A program made the translations under genes and the position numbers. Below, in pieces: positions 29,928-41,043 of a DNA stretch of 64,000 nt; positions within the stretch are counted from its first letter, which is position 1; each line of letters starts with the position of its first letter. The notes beneath the pieces are model-generated. The model made no database searches. It saw only the letters and a list, made by a program, of their open reading frames with translations, and had not been told where the DNA came from. This stretch comes from an uncultured Methanoregulaceae archaeon (GTDB taxonomy: Archaea; Halobacteriota; Methanomicrobia; Methanomicrobiales; Methanospirillaceae): assembly GCA_963705255.1 (NCBI GenBank), contig OY970061.1, forward strand, positions 1,856,001 through 1,920,000, in the 5' to 3' direction.

Positions 29928-31320
29928 CGCTCTCCTCCGAGAGCCGGAACTCATCATGGAGAACACGGACCGCACGCGGACCGTCGTTCTGGCTCACCAC
30001 GAACGAGATGTTTGCTTCCGAGGAGCCCTGCGAGATCATCATCACGTTGATGCTGGCTGCCCCCATTGCGGTAAAGATCCTCCCGCCGGTCCCCGGCGCC
30101 CCTGCCATTCCTGCCCCGACGACCGCAACCGCGCAGACATCGTGGTTATGGGAGACTTCGCGTACAATGCCCTGTTTCATGAGATCCGACAGGGCCTTTA
30201 CCGCGGCGGACACATGAGACTCGTCCACGATCAGCGATATATTTGCCTCGCTTGAACCCTGCGAGATCATCATCACGTTCACGTCGTGATCGGCAAGGAT
30301 GGTAAAGATCGCCTTTGCCACACCGGGCCTCCCGATCATCTGTGCGCCGTTGATATTGATGGCCGCGACCTTGTCGATATACGTGAGGGCTTTTACCACG
30401 CGGTTGTCCCGCTGCCCGTTCCGGACGATGACCGTACCGGGATGGGAAGGGTTGAAGGTGTTCTTCACCCGGACGAGGATGTTCTTGCGCATGGCGGGCT
30501 CGATGGAGCGGGGGTGCATTACCTTTGCCCCGAAATAGGAGAGTTCCATGACCTCGAGGTAGGAGAGCGAGGGCATCACCCGGGCATCATTGATGACCCG
30601 GGGGTCGCAGGTCATGATCCCGTCGACATCGGTCCAGATCCAGATCTCGTCCGCATCGATCCCGGCACCGATGATGGAGGCGGAGTAGTCCGAGCCGCTC
30701 CGCCCGAGGGTGGTAAGGACCCCCTCCCGCGTGCAGCCCATGAACCCCATGATGACCGGTATCTCTTTTGCGAGCAACGGGCCGACCCGCCGTTTGATCC
30801 GTTCATCGCTCTCGGGAAGGGATGTCGACTCACCGTGCTGGGGGGTGGTGAGGATACCGGCCTCGCAACCGTCCATAACTGTGGATGCAATGCCCCGCCG
30901 GCGGATGGCCGCAGATAGGATCGGGGCAAGCAGCCTTTCACCAAACGAGATGATATAATCCTTCGAGCGGGGAGTGAGTTCCCGCAGGTTATAGACCGCG
31001 AAGAGGATGTTCTGGAGGCTGATGAGCTGCTCTTCGATCTCGGCACCGACCTGTGCAACGGAGTCCGGCGCAGCCCCTTCAAGGGTGGTCATGTGCCGCC
31101 GGGAAAGGGCCTGGATCAGGGGGGCGATGCCGGAGTCGTCCTTTGCTGTCGGAAGCTTGCCGGCGATCTCGATGAGCTGGTCGGTGACACCCCGCTGTGC
31201 CGAGACGACAACGGCAAGTTCGTCGCCTTTCCCGTGGTGCTCTTCGAGGATGTCGACAACGCGTTTGATACACTGGGCATCGGCAACGGATGTCCCGCCG
31301 AATTTCATCAGAAATCTCAT
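29920..31320 (-). CDS. lysC: aspartate kinase with two ACT domains
   Basis: MKFGGTSV, VVVSA, TTLGRSGSDYSA, WTDVDG, MISQGSSE twice. Confidence 0.95.
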   Translation of the reverse strand: MRFLMKFGGTSVADAQCIKRVVDILEEHHGKGDELAVVVSAQRGVTDQLIEIAGKLPTAKDDSGIAPLIQALSRRHMTTLEGAAPDSVAQVGAEIEEQLISLQNILFAVYNLRELTPRSKDYIISFGERLLAPILSAAIRRRGIASTVMDGCEAGILTTPQHGESTSLPESDERIKRRVGPLLAKEIPVIMGFMGCTREGVLTTLGRSGSDYSASIIGAGIDADEIWIWTDVDGIMTCDPRVINDARVMPSLSYLEVMELSYFGAKVMHPRSIEPAMRKNILVRVKNTFNPSHPGTVIVRNGQRDNRVVKALTYIDKVAAININGAQMIGRPGVAKAIFTILADHDVNVMMISQGSSEANISLIVDESHVSAAVKALSDLMKQGIVREVSHNHDVCAVAVVGAGMAGAPGTGGRIFTAMGAASINVMMISQGSSEANISFVVSQNDGPRAVRVLHDEFRLSEESDE

Positions 31321-31382
31321 TTGTTCTCTCACTCTGGACGTGCCATTTATTTATGTAACTATACGATCCACAAAATAATAAG

Positions 31383-33011
31383 ATGCTTGCAGATGAGATT
31401 GTGGACTGCCACGTGCTGGTGATCGGGAGCGGAGGTGCAGGTGTCCGCGCTGCCATTGAGGCATCGCAGTATGGCGATACGGTCCTCATCTCAAAGACCA
31501 TCGTGGGAAAAGGGGGTTGCACCCCGATGGCGGAAGGGGGGTACAATGCAGTCCTGAGGGAAGAGGACTCGTGCGGGATCCATTACGAGGATACGATGAA
31601 GGGGGGAGCGTACCTCAACGATCCCGAACTTGTGAATATTCTTGTGAAGGAGGCCCCACTGCGGATAGGGGATCTCGTGAAATGGGGTGCGGTCTTCGAT
31701 TTCACTGACTCCGACGAGGTCGCCCAGCGCCCGTTCGGGGGCCAGCGGTTCCCGAGGACGTGTTATGCCGGTGACCGCACCGGCCACGAGATGATGACGA
31801 CCCTTGTCGAGCGACTCGATGCAACGGAGGTCTCCAATCTGCAGGAGTATACGATCACCGATCTGCTGAAAGACGGAGAGGCGGTTATCGGGGCGATGGC
31901 ACTTGACGAGAAAGGCGGCCTCGTCCTCCTCAAAGCAGACAGCACGGTCCTCGCGACGGGCGGCGGGACGAAGGTCTACGACATCTCCACAAACTCCTCG
32001 GGTGGGACCGGTGACGGGTTTGCCATGGGGTACCGTGCAGGTGCCGAACTGATCGATATGGAGATGGTCCAGTTCCACCCGACCGGGGCAGTCTCCCCCT
32101 ACGATGCCCGGGGGAGACTCGTGACCGAAGCGGTCCGTGGCGAGGGGGGTATCCTGCTGAACGCGAAAGGGGAACGGTTCATGAAAAACTATGATCCCGG
32201 GCGGATGGAGCTCTCCACCCGGGACCTCGTCGCCCGGGCGATCGCGACCGAGATTGTGCAGGGAAGGGGAACGGAGCACGGCGGGGTCTATCTCGACGTG
32301 ACCCACCTCCCGCGGGAGCAGGTCGAGACCCGCCTGCCGGTCATGCTCGAACAGTTCCTGAAGTTCGGTGTGGATATCCGGAACGAGCCGATGGAGGTGG
32401 CACCCACGGCCCACCACATCATGGGAGGACTCCGGATCACACCTGAAGGGCGGACTACCCTGCCCGGGCTGTTTGCCTGCGGAGAGGTCGCAGGAGGCGT
32501 GCACGGTGCCAACAGGCTTGGCGGGAACTCACTGGCCGACACGCAGGTTTTCGGGAAACGTGCCGGTGAGGCAGCGGGAAGATCTGAAAAACGAGAGAAA
32601 ACGGTTGACCTGCGCCAGGTCGAGACCCAGGAGGTGCGGCTCGCGGGCTTCCTCTCCGGGAACACCAACCCGGCTCTCGTCCGCAGGGAACTCCAGCTGG
32701 CGATGTGGCAGGGGGCTGGCATCTTCAGGAATGCGGGGGATCTCGACAAGACGCTCCGGACGATACGGCAGCTCTCGGCAGTCAATCTCCGGGCAGCTTC
32801 CTTAAGGAACCTTGCCGAGTGCTGTATCGTCCAGAACATGTGCCTTACCTCATCGCTCATCTGCAGGAGCGCTCTTCAGCGCAAAGAATCCCGGGGGGCG
32901 CACGTCCGGACCGATATTCCCCAGTCGTATGGTGCTGAACACTCCCCGTTCGGCCACACCTTTATCTCGCAGTCCCGCGAGGGAATCGAAAACCGGGAGG
33001 GAATCGCATGA
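31383..33011 (+). CDS. tfrA: thiol:fumarate reductase flavoprotein subunit A
   Basis: IGSGGAG, QFHPT, TEAVRGEGG, HGANRLGGNSL, ESRGAH; no covalent-FAD His (CTPMAEGG). Confidence 0.9.
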   Translation: MLADEIVDCHVLVIGSGGAGVRAAIEASQYGDTVLISKTIVGKGGCTPMAEGGYNAVLREEDSCGIHYEDTMKGGAYLNDPELVNILVKEAPLRIGDLVKWGAVFDFTDSDEVAQRPFGGQRFPRTCYAGDRTGHEMMTTLVERLDATEVSNLQEYTITDLLKDGEAVIGAMALDEKGGLVLLKADSTVLATGGGTKVYDISTNSSGGTGDGFAMGYRAGAELIDMEMVQFHPTGAVSPYDARGRLVTEAVRGEGGILLNAKGERFMKNYDPGRMELSTRDLVARAIATEIVQGRGTEHGGVYLDVTHLPREQVETRLPVMLEQFLKFGVDIRNEPMEVAPTAHHIMGGLRITPEGRTTLPGLFACGEVAGGVHGANRLGGNSLADTQVFGKRAGEAAGRSEKREKTVDLRQVETQEVRLAGFLSGNTNPALVRRELQLAMWQGAGIFRNAGDLDKTLRTIRQLSAVNLRAASLRNLAECCIVQNMCLTSSLICRSALQRKESRGAHVRTDIPQSYGAEHSPFGHTFISQSREGIENREGIA

Positions 33012-34474
33012 AGGAACTGACCGTCAGGGTATTCCGGTTCGACCCGGAACAAGAGCGTGAGGGGCATCTCGAGACCTACACAGTCACGGTCAATGAGGGT
33101 GCCCGCGTTCTTCATGTGCTTCATGCCATCCATGACGGGATTGACCCGACACTCTCGTACCGCTATTCCTGCGCCTCCGGCCAGTGCGGGAGCTGTGCCG
33201 TGCGGGTGAATGGTGAACCGGTGCTCGCCTGCATGGAAGAGGCTCACGACGGGATCATGATCGAACCCCTGAACCTCGCGGTGAAAAAGGACCTCATGAC
33301 CGATCTGGTGCCAAGACTCGAGGAAATTGCGTACCTGCTGCCGAAGAAGGAGACCGTGCTTCCAAAAAAAGCAGACATCGATGCCATGAAACCCTTCAGG
33401 GACTGCATCGAATGCCTCTGCTGTGTCTCGGTCTGCCCTGCTGTCGACGTGACAAAGTTCCTCGGGCCGACGGCGATGCGTCAGGAGATGCGGCTCGCGC
33501 TCGATCCCCGCGACAGCGGGGACAGGATTTCAGATGCAGTCCGTGAGGGCCTTTTTACCTGCACCAGCTGCCAGGCCTGCTGGAAGGTCTGCCCGAAGGA
33601 GATAGAGATCCCGGGAAAGGCGATCGAGAAACTCCGGGCGCACGCAAACAAGAGGGGGTTCACCCTGCCCCGTCACCGGGAAGTGGCAGCACTCATCAAG
33701 GAGACCGGACGGAGTGTGCCCCGCACCACGGAATCGTTCCTTGAAAGAGTGGGTGAAGTTATCGAACCATACGGCCCGGTGAAGGCGACCGTCGGGTTCT
33801 TCATTGGTTGCATGTACAACCTCCGGCAGCAGCAATCGGCACTCGACGCGATCGAGGTGCTCCGGCGTAACGGGATCCGGGTCATTGTTCCCCGGGAACA
33901 GGTCTGCTGCGGTTCGCCCCTGATCCGAACCGGGCAGCTTGATTATGTTGATACCCTGAAAAAGCGGAATATCGAGATCTTCACGTCCCGGAAGATCGAC
34001 ATCGTCCTGACGATGTGCGCCGGCTGCGGTTCCACCCTGAAGAACGATTATACAACGCCATTTAAGGTCATGGACATCAACGAGATCCTCACGAAGTACG
34101 GCATTGAACCCCCGGCACGTCTCCCGATCAAGGCAACGTACCACGATCCCTGCCACCTCATGCGCGGGCAGGGCATCCATGACCAGCCCCGCGAGCTGAT
34201 CCGGCAGGTCGTGGACCTCGTCGAGATGCCCCCGATCTGCTGCGGTTCCGGCGGGGGCGTCCGGTCCGGCAACCCCGAGGAGGCGGCAACCTTGGGCAGC
34301 AGGCGGGGAGAGGAGATAAAAAAGACGGGTGCGGAGATCGTGATCACCTCTTGCCCGTTCTGCGAGTTCCACATTGCCGGGCATACCGATAAGCCGGTCA
34401 GGAATATTGCAAGTGTCCTTCTGGAAGGATACCGGGCGAAAGACCGGAAAAAAGGGATGCGGGCCGGGCACTGA
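33008..34474 (+). CDS. tfrB: thiol:fumarate reductase subunit B (Fe-S + CCG domains)
   Basis: CASGQCGSC, two 4Fe-4S motifs, two CCG domains, YHDPCHL. Confidence 0.9.
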   Translation: MKELTVRVFRFDPEQEREGHLETYTVTVNEGARVLHVLHAIHDGIDPTLSYRYSCASGQCGSCAVRVNGEPVLACMEEAHDGIMIEPLNLAVKKDLMTDLVPRLEEIAYLLPKKETVLPKKADIDAMKPFRDCIECLCCVSVCPAVDVTKFLGPTAMRQEMRLALDPRDSGDRISDAVREGLFTCTSCQACWKVCPKEIEIPGKAIEKLRAHANKRGFTLPRHREVAALIKETGRSVPRTTESFLERVGEVIEPYGPVKATVGFFIGCMYNLRQQQSALDAIEVLRRNGIRVIVPREQVCCGSPLIRTGQLDYVDTLKKRNIEIFTSRKIDIVLTMCAGCGSTLKNDYTTPFKVMDINEILTKYGIEPPARLPIKATYHDPCHLMRGQGIHDQPRELIRQVVDLVEMPPICCGSGGGVRSGNPEEAATLGSRRGEEIKKTGAEIVITSCPFCEFHIAGHTDKPVRNIASVLLEGYRAKDRKKGMRAGH

Positions 34475-34513
34475 TCTCATGAGGGGGGCCGGTCATGGTG
34501 CTTGAGCGGTTCC

Positions 34514-35671
34514 TTAGTCTTTGAACGTTCTCATCAGATACTCGTACGTTTCCAGAGCTGCCTTTGCCCCGTCACCAGAAGCAATGACGATCTGCTTGCT
34601 CTTGACGTTTGTCACGTCTCCTGCTGCAAAAATGCCGGGCATGCTGGTCCGGCCGTTCAGGTCAACGACAATCTCCTGCTTCTCGTTCAGTTCGACGAGT
34701 CCTGCCACCATATCCGTATTGGGCAGCCAGCCGATTTCGATAAATAGACCGTCGAGACCGATCTTCTGTTCTGCCCCTTTCTCGTCCCTGATGGTGACAG
34801 CGTCAAGGAATTTGTCGCCATGAAGTGCGGTTATCGTGGTGTTGGTATGGACGGTAATGTTCTTCTTGGTCTTCAGTTTCTCGATGTAGACCTGATCTGC
34901 CCGGACAGAGCTGCGGACAATCAGGATTACGGACCGGGCAATCTCACCCATTTCGAGCGCGGTCTGCAGTGCGGAGTTTCCCCCGCCCACAACTGCAACC
35001 CGTTTTTCCCTGAAAAGGGGGCCGTCGCAGGTAGAACAGACCGACAGCCCGCGGCCGAGAAACTTCCCCTCGTCTGCAACACCCAGGTTCCGGGGGCGGT
35101 TGCCCTGCGTGAGGATCAGGCTTTTGGCCCGCACGGTATTATCCGAGATGGTTCTGATAATGAAGATATCGTCCTCTTTTGAGATAGAGGTGACCTTATC
35201 GAGTTCAAGCCGTATGTTGAGCGTCCGGGCCTGCTCCTCGAATTTTTTCATCAGGTCTTCCCCGGTGATCATGCGATAGCCCATGTAATTCTCGATCGCC
35301 CACGACTCCAGTGCCTGCCCCCCGATATTTTCACTGATAATCAGCGTGTACAGCATTTTCCGGGCACAGTAGACACCGGCCGTAAGCCCCGCCGGGCCTG
35401 CACCGACGATCAGGACATCATACGTATCTGTCACTGGCGGCTCGCCGAAGAGTTCGTTCAGCCTCTGGGTATCGAAGCCGACGATTACTTCATCGCCAAC
35501 GGTAATGACCGGAACTCCGCGCTGACCGGAGAGCTCGATCATCTTTGCTGCAGCTTTTTCATCGGCACCGACATCGACGTTTTCGTAAGGCACACCGTAT
35601 TTTTCGAGAAATGACTTGGCCATCCGGCAGTACGGACAGTTTTTTGTCGAATAGACGGTTACTCTGGTCAT
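34514..35671 (-). CDS. glutaredoxin(NrdH)-thioredoxin reductase fusion
   Basis: N-terminal CPYC...GQRGVPV; GAGPAG, CSTCD, GGGNSA, FAAGD. Confidence 0.9.
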   Translation of the reverse strand: MTRVTVYSTKNCPYCRMAKSFLEKYGVPYENVDVGADEKAAAKMIELSGQRGVPVITVGDEVIVGFDTQRLNELFGEPPVTDTYDVLIVGAGPAGLTAGVYCARKMLYTLIISENIGGQALESWAIENYMGYRMITGEDLMKKFEEQARTLNIRLELDKVTSISKEDDIFIIRTISDNTVRAKSLILTQGNRPRNLGVADEGKFLGRGLSVCSTCDGPLFREKRVAVVGGGNSALQTALEMGEIARSVILIVRSSVRADQVYIEKLKTKKNITVHTNTTITALHGDKFLDAVTIRDEKGAEQKIGLDGLFIEIGWLPNTDMVAGLVELNEKQEIVVDLNGRTSMPGIFAAGDVTNVKSKQIVIASGDGAKAALETYEYLMRTFKD

Positions 35672-35789
35672 TATGCCGGAAATGCTCCGGTATACCATAA
35701 AGATATTGACAGGAGCAGATATTCGGATTCAATGCATGTATCGCAATCTTCTTTTTGGTCGACTCCCAATACACCATTGATACGAGACT

Positions 35790-37082
35790 ATGAGCGCCGT
35801 ACCTTCCGTCCGGGATATTCCTGTCAGAATCTTTTTTTGTCTCCTAGTCCTCTTTCTGGTCAGCGGGGTTCAGGCTTCCGCCTCAACCCTGAATGCCCCT
35901 CTGGAACCGGGGGTATATCTCAATTTCAATGAAGGAAGCGGGACAATTGCCATGGATGCATCCGGGCATGGAAACGCCGGAGCCATAACCGGTGCCGAAC
36001 GGGTCGACAGCGGGGGGTGCGGGCAGGCACTTGTATTTGACGGGACAGATGATTACGTCAGCATCCCATTCAGTTCCGAGAACCACCCGGAGAAGCAGAT
36101 TTCCGTATCCACGTGGTTTTATGTTGATTCGTACTATCCCCAGGTTTTGATCTCCAGTTATGATGATGGCGGCTATCGGCTTGGCTTTGACGACGGCAGT
36201 GACCTGTGGTGGACAATAAACCTGGAGGGTAGCGGAGATATATCAATTCCTGTCCAACATGAGGGGATTACGCTATCCCAGTGGCACCACGTTGTGGCTA
36301 CTTATGACGGAAAAACCTCAAAAATCTATCTTGATGGCATATTGAGAAACGAAGTGAATGCATCCGGCCCGATCCATTACGAATACCAGAACTATGTCAT
36401 GCTGGGTGCCGATGCAGGACCTTCAAATACACCCGATTCAGACTGTCCACAGTATTTCGGGGGAGGTCTCGACGAGGTCAAGATATACGATACAGCGATG
36501 ACATACAGCCAGGTGATGGATGACCGGTTCAGCTGCTCCATGGCGCCGGTCGTACAGTCCCAGGGTGCTCCGAAGGTAAGAACTCCAGTATATTTCTGCA
36601 CTGGCGGCGGTACTTTCTATCTTGGAGCCCGTGAACCGGTATCGCGCGTCCTCACATTTTTTGGCAGGGGTCAGAATGAGACATTGAAGATTATCACACA
36701 ACCGGGTTCAACGCTTATCGCAAAAGTATCTGATCGTTATACGAAACCATTCCCGGATACCTGGTACGTTGAAATTTCGGATGAACACGGAAGAGCGGCA
36801 CAATCCATCATATCACCCAACACCAGCAGCACGCTGGTTACTGCAATCATACCTTCAGGCAATGCAACGATACTTGTCAGTTACTACGACGGGAAGGATC
36901 GTTTCCCCTCGAGCGCCGCCCTATGGTTTGAAAGTATTCCGCCCCCTCCCCCGCTCTCCATCATACAGCAGAATATCCTGATCAACCCGATCATCGTGAT
37001 TTACTCGGCATCCTGGGCAACCCTGATAGCGTTGATCCTCGTCGTTGTGTGGCTTCACAGGCGCAGGACCGGTCCAAAATAA
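35790..37082 (+). CDS. exported LamG/concanavalin-like domain protein with C-terminal TM
   Basis: Signal peptide, DASGHGNAG, FDGTDDYV, WHHVVATYDG, IYLDG, GGLDEVKIY, TM + RRR. Confidence 0.85.
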   Translation: MSAVPSVRDIPVRIFFCLLVLFLVSGVQASASTLNAPLEPGVYLNFNEGSGTIAMDASGHGNAGAITGAERVDSGGCGQALVFDGTDDYVSIPFSSENHPEKQISVSTWFYVDSYYPQVLISSYDDGGYRLGFDDGSDLWWTINLEGSGDISIPVQHEGITLSQWHHVVATYDGKTSKIYLDGILRNEVNASGPIHYEYQNYVMLGADAGPSNTPDSDCPQYFGGGLDEVKIYDTAMTYSQVMDDRFSCSMAPVVQSQGAPKVRTPVYFCTGGGTFYLGAREPVSRVLTFFGRGQNETLKIITQPGSTLIAKVSDRYTKPFPDTWYVEISDEHGRAAQSIISPNTSSTLVTAIIPSGNATILVSYYDGKDRFPSSAALWFESIPPPPPLSIIQQNILINPIIVIYSASWATLIALILVVVWLHRRRTGPK

Positions 37083-37115
37083 AAAAATCGGGCTGTGGGG
37101 GTGAAATCCTCCCGT

Positions 37116-37619
37116 TCACAACGTGATTTCCCTGAACTGCTTGCCGAAAACTCCGCAGATCGGGCATTTCTCCGGGGGTTTCCCGAGTTCAATGTTCCCG
37201 CATACCGGACAGAGAAAAACCTTTTCCCGGCTAAAATCCTTTCCTGATTTCACTGCATCGAGCGCTCTTTTGTAAAGAGATGCGTGCACCTGTTCTGCCT
37301 TCATCGCATATGTGAAGGCCAGCACCGCATCCGTTCTCTTTTCGCCTTCAGCGACACTGATAAAATCAGGATACATTTTCATATATTCGTGAGTTTCGCC
37401 TGCAATGCCCGCTTCAAGGTTCTTCTCAGTGGATCCGACTGTCGCAAGCACCTTGAGGAGCTTTTTGGCATGGATCGCCTCCGCTTCAGAAGCTGCCTTA
37501 AAGAGGGTTGCTACCGTTTTGAACCCTTCTTCCGCGGCTTTTTCAGAAAACACCTGGTATTTCCGGTTTGCCTGAGATTCTCCGGCAAACGCCTCCTTTG
37601 CATTCTCAACTGTTGCCAT
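37116..37619 (-). CDS. rbr: rubrerythrin
   Basis: AFAGESQA, EAIHA, ETHE, EQVH, CPVCG..CPICG. Confidence 0.93.
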   Translation of the reverse strand: MATVENAKEAFAGESQANRKYQVFSEKAAEEGFKTVATLFKAASEAEAIHAKKLLKVLATVGSTEKNLEAGIAGETHEYMKMYPDFISVAEGEKRTDAVLAFTYAMKAEQVHASLYKRALDAVKSGKDFSREKVFLCPVCGNIELGKPPEKCPICGVFGKQFREITL

Positions 37620-37815
37620 ACGGCAATGGTATGGTAAGAGACTGACTTAAAGATTCTTCATGGGGCATACGCGGGAAAATTCTCCTTTTTTGAGGACTCC
37701 GGAAAAAATAATTTATGGTGAATATAAAAAGAAAGATATTTGTTATCCCGCGGACAATTCTATTTCCACGCAGTACCCGAAGAAGGTAACCTGCGGACAG
37801 TTACCGGGTTGTTCC

Positions 37816-38485
37816 ATGAAAAAAATGAAAGATCTCCCTCTCCACGACCGGCCACGTGAAAAAATTGCCCAGCGGGGGGTATCGGGTACTCTCCGATCAT
37901 GAGTTGATCGAAGCAATTATCGGAAGGGGGACAAAGAGGAAAGACGTCCGGGAAATTGCAAAAGAGATCGATGAGATCCTCAGGGAACAACGACCGGGGG
38001 TCCGGTTTGAGGATCTCATGTCAATTGAGGGGGTCGGCTCGACCAAGGCATCCCAGTTGATGGCTTGTTTTGAACTGGGCAGGCGATATTTTACCACAGC
38101 CGGTGATGCGCACAAAATTACCAGACCGGAAGATATCCTTCCTCTTGTAGCTCATCTTAAAGATAAAAAACAGGAGTATTTTATCTGCATCACCCTCAAT
38201 GGTGCAGGGGAAGTCCTCGGTAACCGGATCGTGACGGTGGGTCTCCTGAATCACAGTCTCGTGCACCCGAGAGAAGTGTTTGCCGATGCCATCACCGACC
38301 GGGCAGCCTCAATAATCTGCGTACACAACCATCCATCAGGCTCTCTCGAACCAAGCAGCCAGGATATTGCCATCACGGCCCAGCTGAGAGATGCGGGATC
38401 GCTGGTCGGCATCCAGCTCATCGACCATATCATCATCGCAAAGAGTGGTCATTTGAGCCTGAGGGAAAGAGGTTTTCTATCGTAA
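37816..38485 (+). CDS. radC: RadC/JAB-domain protein (frameshift ~37885)
   Basis: DRPREK, LSDHEL, GVG.TKA, VHPREVF, HNHPSG...PS.QD, DHII. One extra G separates the halves. Confidence 0.9.
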
Positions 38486-38672
38486 CTGAGGGTTTTAACC
38501 ATGAGGTAAGGTGGCCGGCCGATATACGATCATACATGCCCAACTAAATTATGATAGGTCATCATGATGTTTTTCCTGACAGCCAGGGAAGCTTTCACAG
38601 CCTTCTGTTCTGTTGAATCTGCAAAAAATTATGTATATTACGGCCAATATCCCATGAAGAGCTGAATGGTTT

Positions 38673-41043
38673 TTGGAGGATGTGGTGAGAGAGATCATCC
38701 GTATAATGGCAGCACTGGTTTCTGATTATCTGGAGAAATATTGCTCATCCTGCCATCCCAGGTACTCCCAGCGGTTCCTGCTTGTGATACTGGTGGCCGT
38801 GTCTCTTATCATGTTACCGGTATCCGCTGCAGACCAGAATGGGCTAGGCGGCTACGCCGGCATACAATGGGAACGGATGTTCGGGGGATCCCTCGCGGGG
38901 CAGGGGCACGCAGTTATCCTCACCGGAGAGGGCGGCTACATTGCGACCGGATCAGTAACCGGCTCTGACGGGAAGACCAATCTTTATGTCGTTATGACTG
39001 ACGGATCCGGCAACCAGATCTGGGATTACCATGGGGAGAAGGAGACCTATGAGGGGAACTCCATTATAGAGACAGCGGATAACGGTTTCGTTATTGCCGG
39101 AAGTTCCGGGGACCGTTATGGCGACGGCCTGCTCCTCCTGAAACTGGACAGTTCGGGCAACAAAGTGTGGAGTAACATTTTCAGGATCGGGCAATACGGG
39201 CAGGCGAACTCCGTAAAACAGACCAGCGATGGCGGGTTCATTGTTGTCGGTTCGGTAAAAAGTGACGATTCTTCTCCAACCGGCTGGGACGGGTATATCC
39301 TCAAGACCGATGACAAGGGCAATGAAGAGTGGAACCGGAATTTCAAAGGCCAGAAGGATGATTTTGGCAATGATATTGATCAGCTGCCTGACGGGAGTTA
39401 TATCGTTACGGGATCAACCGAAAGTTTTGGTTCCGGTGGCAAAGACCTCTTCCTGCTGAACCTGGATTCGAAAGGTGATATGGCGGGCTTTACCACGTTT
39501 GCTGGTCAGGGCAATGCTACGGGGATCTCCGTTTTCCAGAAAAGAAACGGCGGGGTGGCACTATCCGAGACCAGCTGCCCGTCTGCCAGCCCCGGATCCG
39601 GTTGTGAAGCCACCCTTATACGGACCAATGCCCTGAATGAGACCCTATGGGAAAAAAGCATCCCGCTATCAGATCCCGGCGCAGGGATCGCTGCCGGTGA
39701 ATCGTTTAACGGCGGGTACATGGTTGCCGGGTTTTTAGGGCCAAACGACACGCGGGGACCTGCCGGGGACCTTTTTGTAACTGCCATCGATGATACCGGA
39801 AATGAGGTTTCTACCCAGACATTTGCCTTGGGACAGATTGGGGAGATTTCGGGTATTGCAGCGCTGCCGGAAGGTGGGTTCGTGATCACGGGATCGGCCG
39901 GGGAGACCGGCTCTCAGTCCGGGACGAAATTTGCAATCGGCCGGATCGGGACCTCCCGTGGGAACACTGCAATGGCCCCTGCCCAGACCACTGAACAAAA
40001 AAATTTTGATCTTACAGGTACTGGTGAGGGAGGAGCATACCGGCGCAGATATCGGGCAGGCCCTTGTCTATCTTGACGGCAGTGCGGCGGGTTTAACATC
40101 CGATACGGATGGGGGCCTCCTCCTTTCCGCGGTAAGTCGCGGACAACACTCTGTCAGGGTGACAAAAGACGGTTACGAGGAGATTACCAGGACGGTGGAT
40201 GTGGAGTCCGACACAAGTTCGACCATCACGCTCAGCCCTTCAAAAGTCACACCCATCATTGTTCATGGTCCGGTGGAAGATAAGATAGACGTGGTTTTTG
40301 TGCCGTCAGAGACCGAATACAAAGGGGATACAAACCAAAAAATACCTGTGGACACGTATACTTCATGCCGCACCGCTTTTGAAAACGATGTAAACCGTCT
40401 GATCTCCTCGTACCTCAGTCTCGATTCGGTAACCTCCCGGAACATAGGGTTGCCGGCCGATTTCAGGGACCGTATGAATTTTTATTATTACTGGGATCCG
40501 GATAATTTTGCCGATGCTTTTGACGGGTGCGCCGGGACGCTGCCGGCTCACTTCTGGGAGAATGCCCCGTTCACGGATGTTGCAGTGATCGTATATCCGA
40601 CCTATATCGGATACTATACCGGCCCGCCCGGCGAACCCAACGGTTGCGCCAGCGGTCTGGGGCTGGGGTCTCATATCTGGTTCAAGATCTCTGCGGATGC
40701 AGGACGACTCATTTACCATGAGAACGGGCATGCCATGTTCGGACTTGTCGACACCTACTGCGGCGATACCTATTACGTGGAGAATGACCCCGATCCAAAT
40801 GTCTGGAGCAGCGAGAGTGCCTGCATCGCCAGTGCAAAGGCCGGCCAGTGGGACGCATCCGTCTGTTACCAGATACGTGGAATGACTTCCGGCATTTCAT
40901 CAAGAACGTGTGTAAAACAGTTCTGGGACTGGGATCCTGAACCGGACATCATGGGCAACGGAGCGTATTCGGGGACATTTGGCAATGCCTCCACGACACG
41001 GATAACGTATATCTTCGATTCCATAAACGGGGGGAAGTCATGA
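38673..41043 (+). CDS. secreted beta-repeat / PEGA / M64-like metallopeptidase protein (frameshift ~40017)
   Basis: Repeated DGGFIVVG...LLKxD.xGNxxW units, PEGA-like VYLDG..G.T...GQHSVRVTKDGY, KIDVVFV, HENGH..FGL.D.Y. Start uncertain (38673 or 38706). Confidence 0.7.

Noticed and set aside
37816-38485. radC as a marker of a mobile or anti-restriction element
   Set aside because: Full-length chromosomal-type RadC with host-like composition and no mobile genes adjacent.
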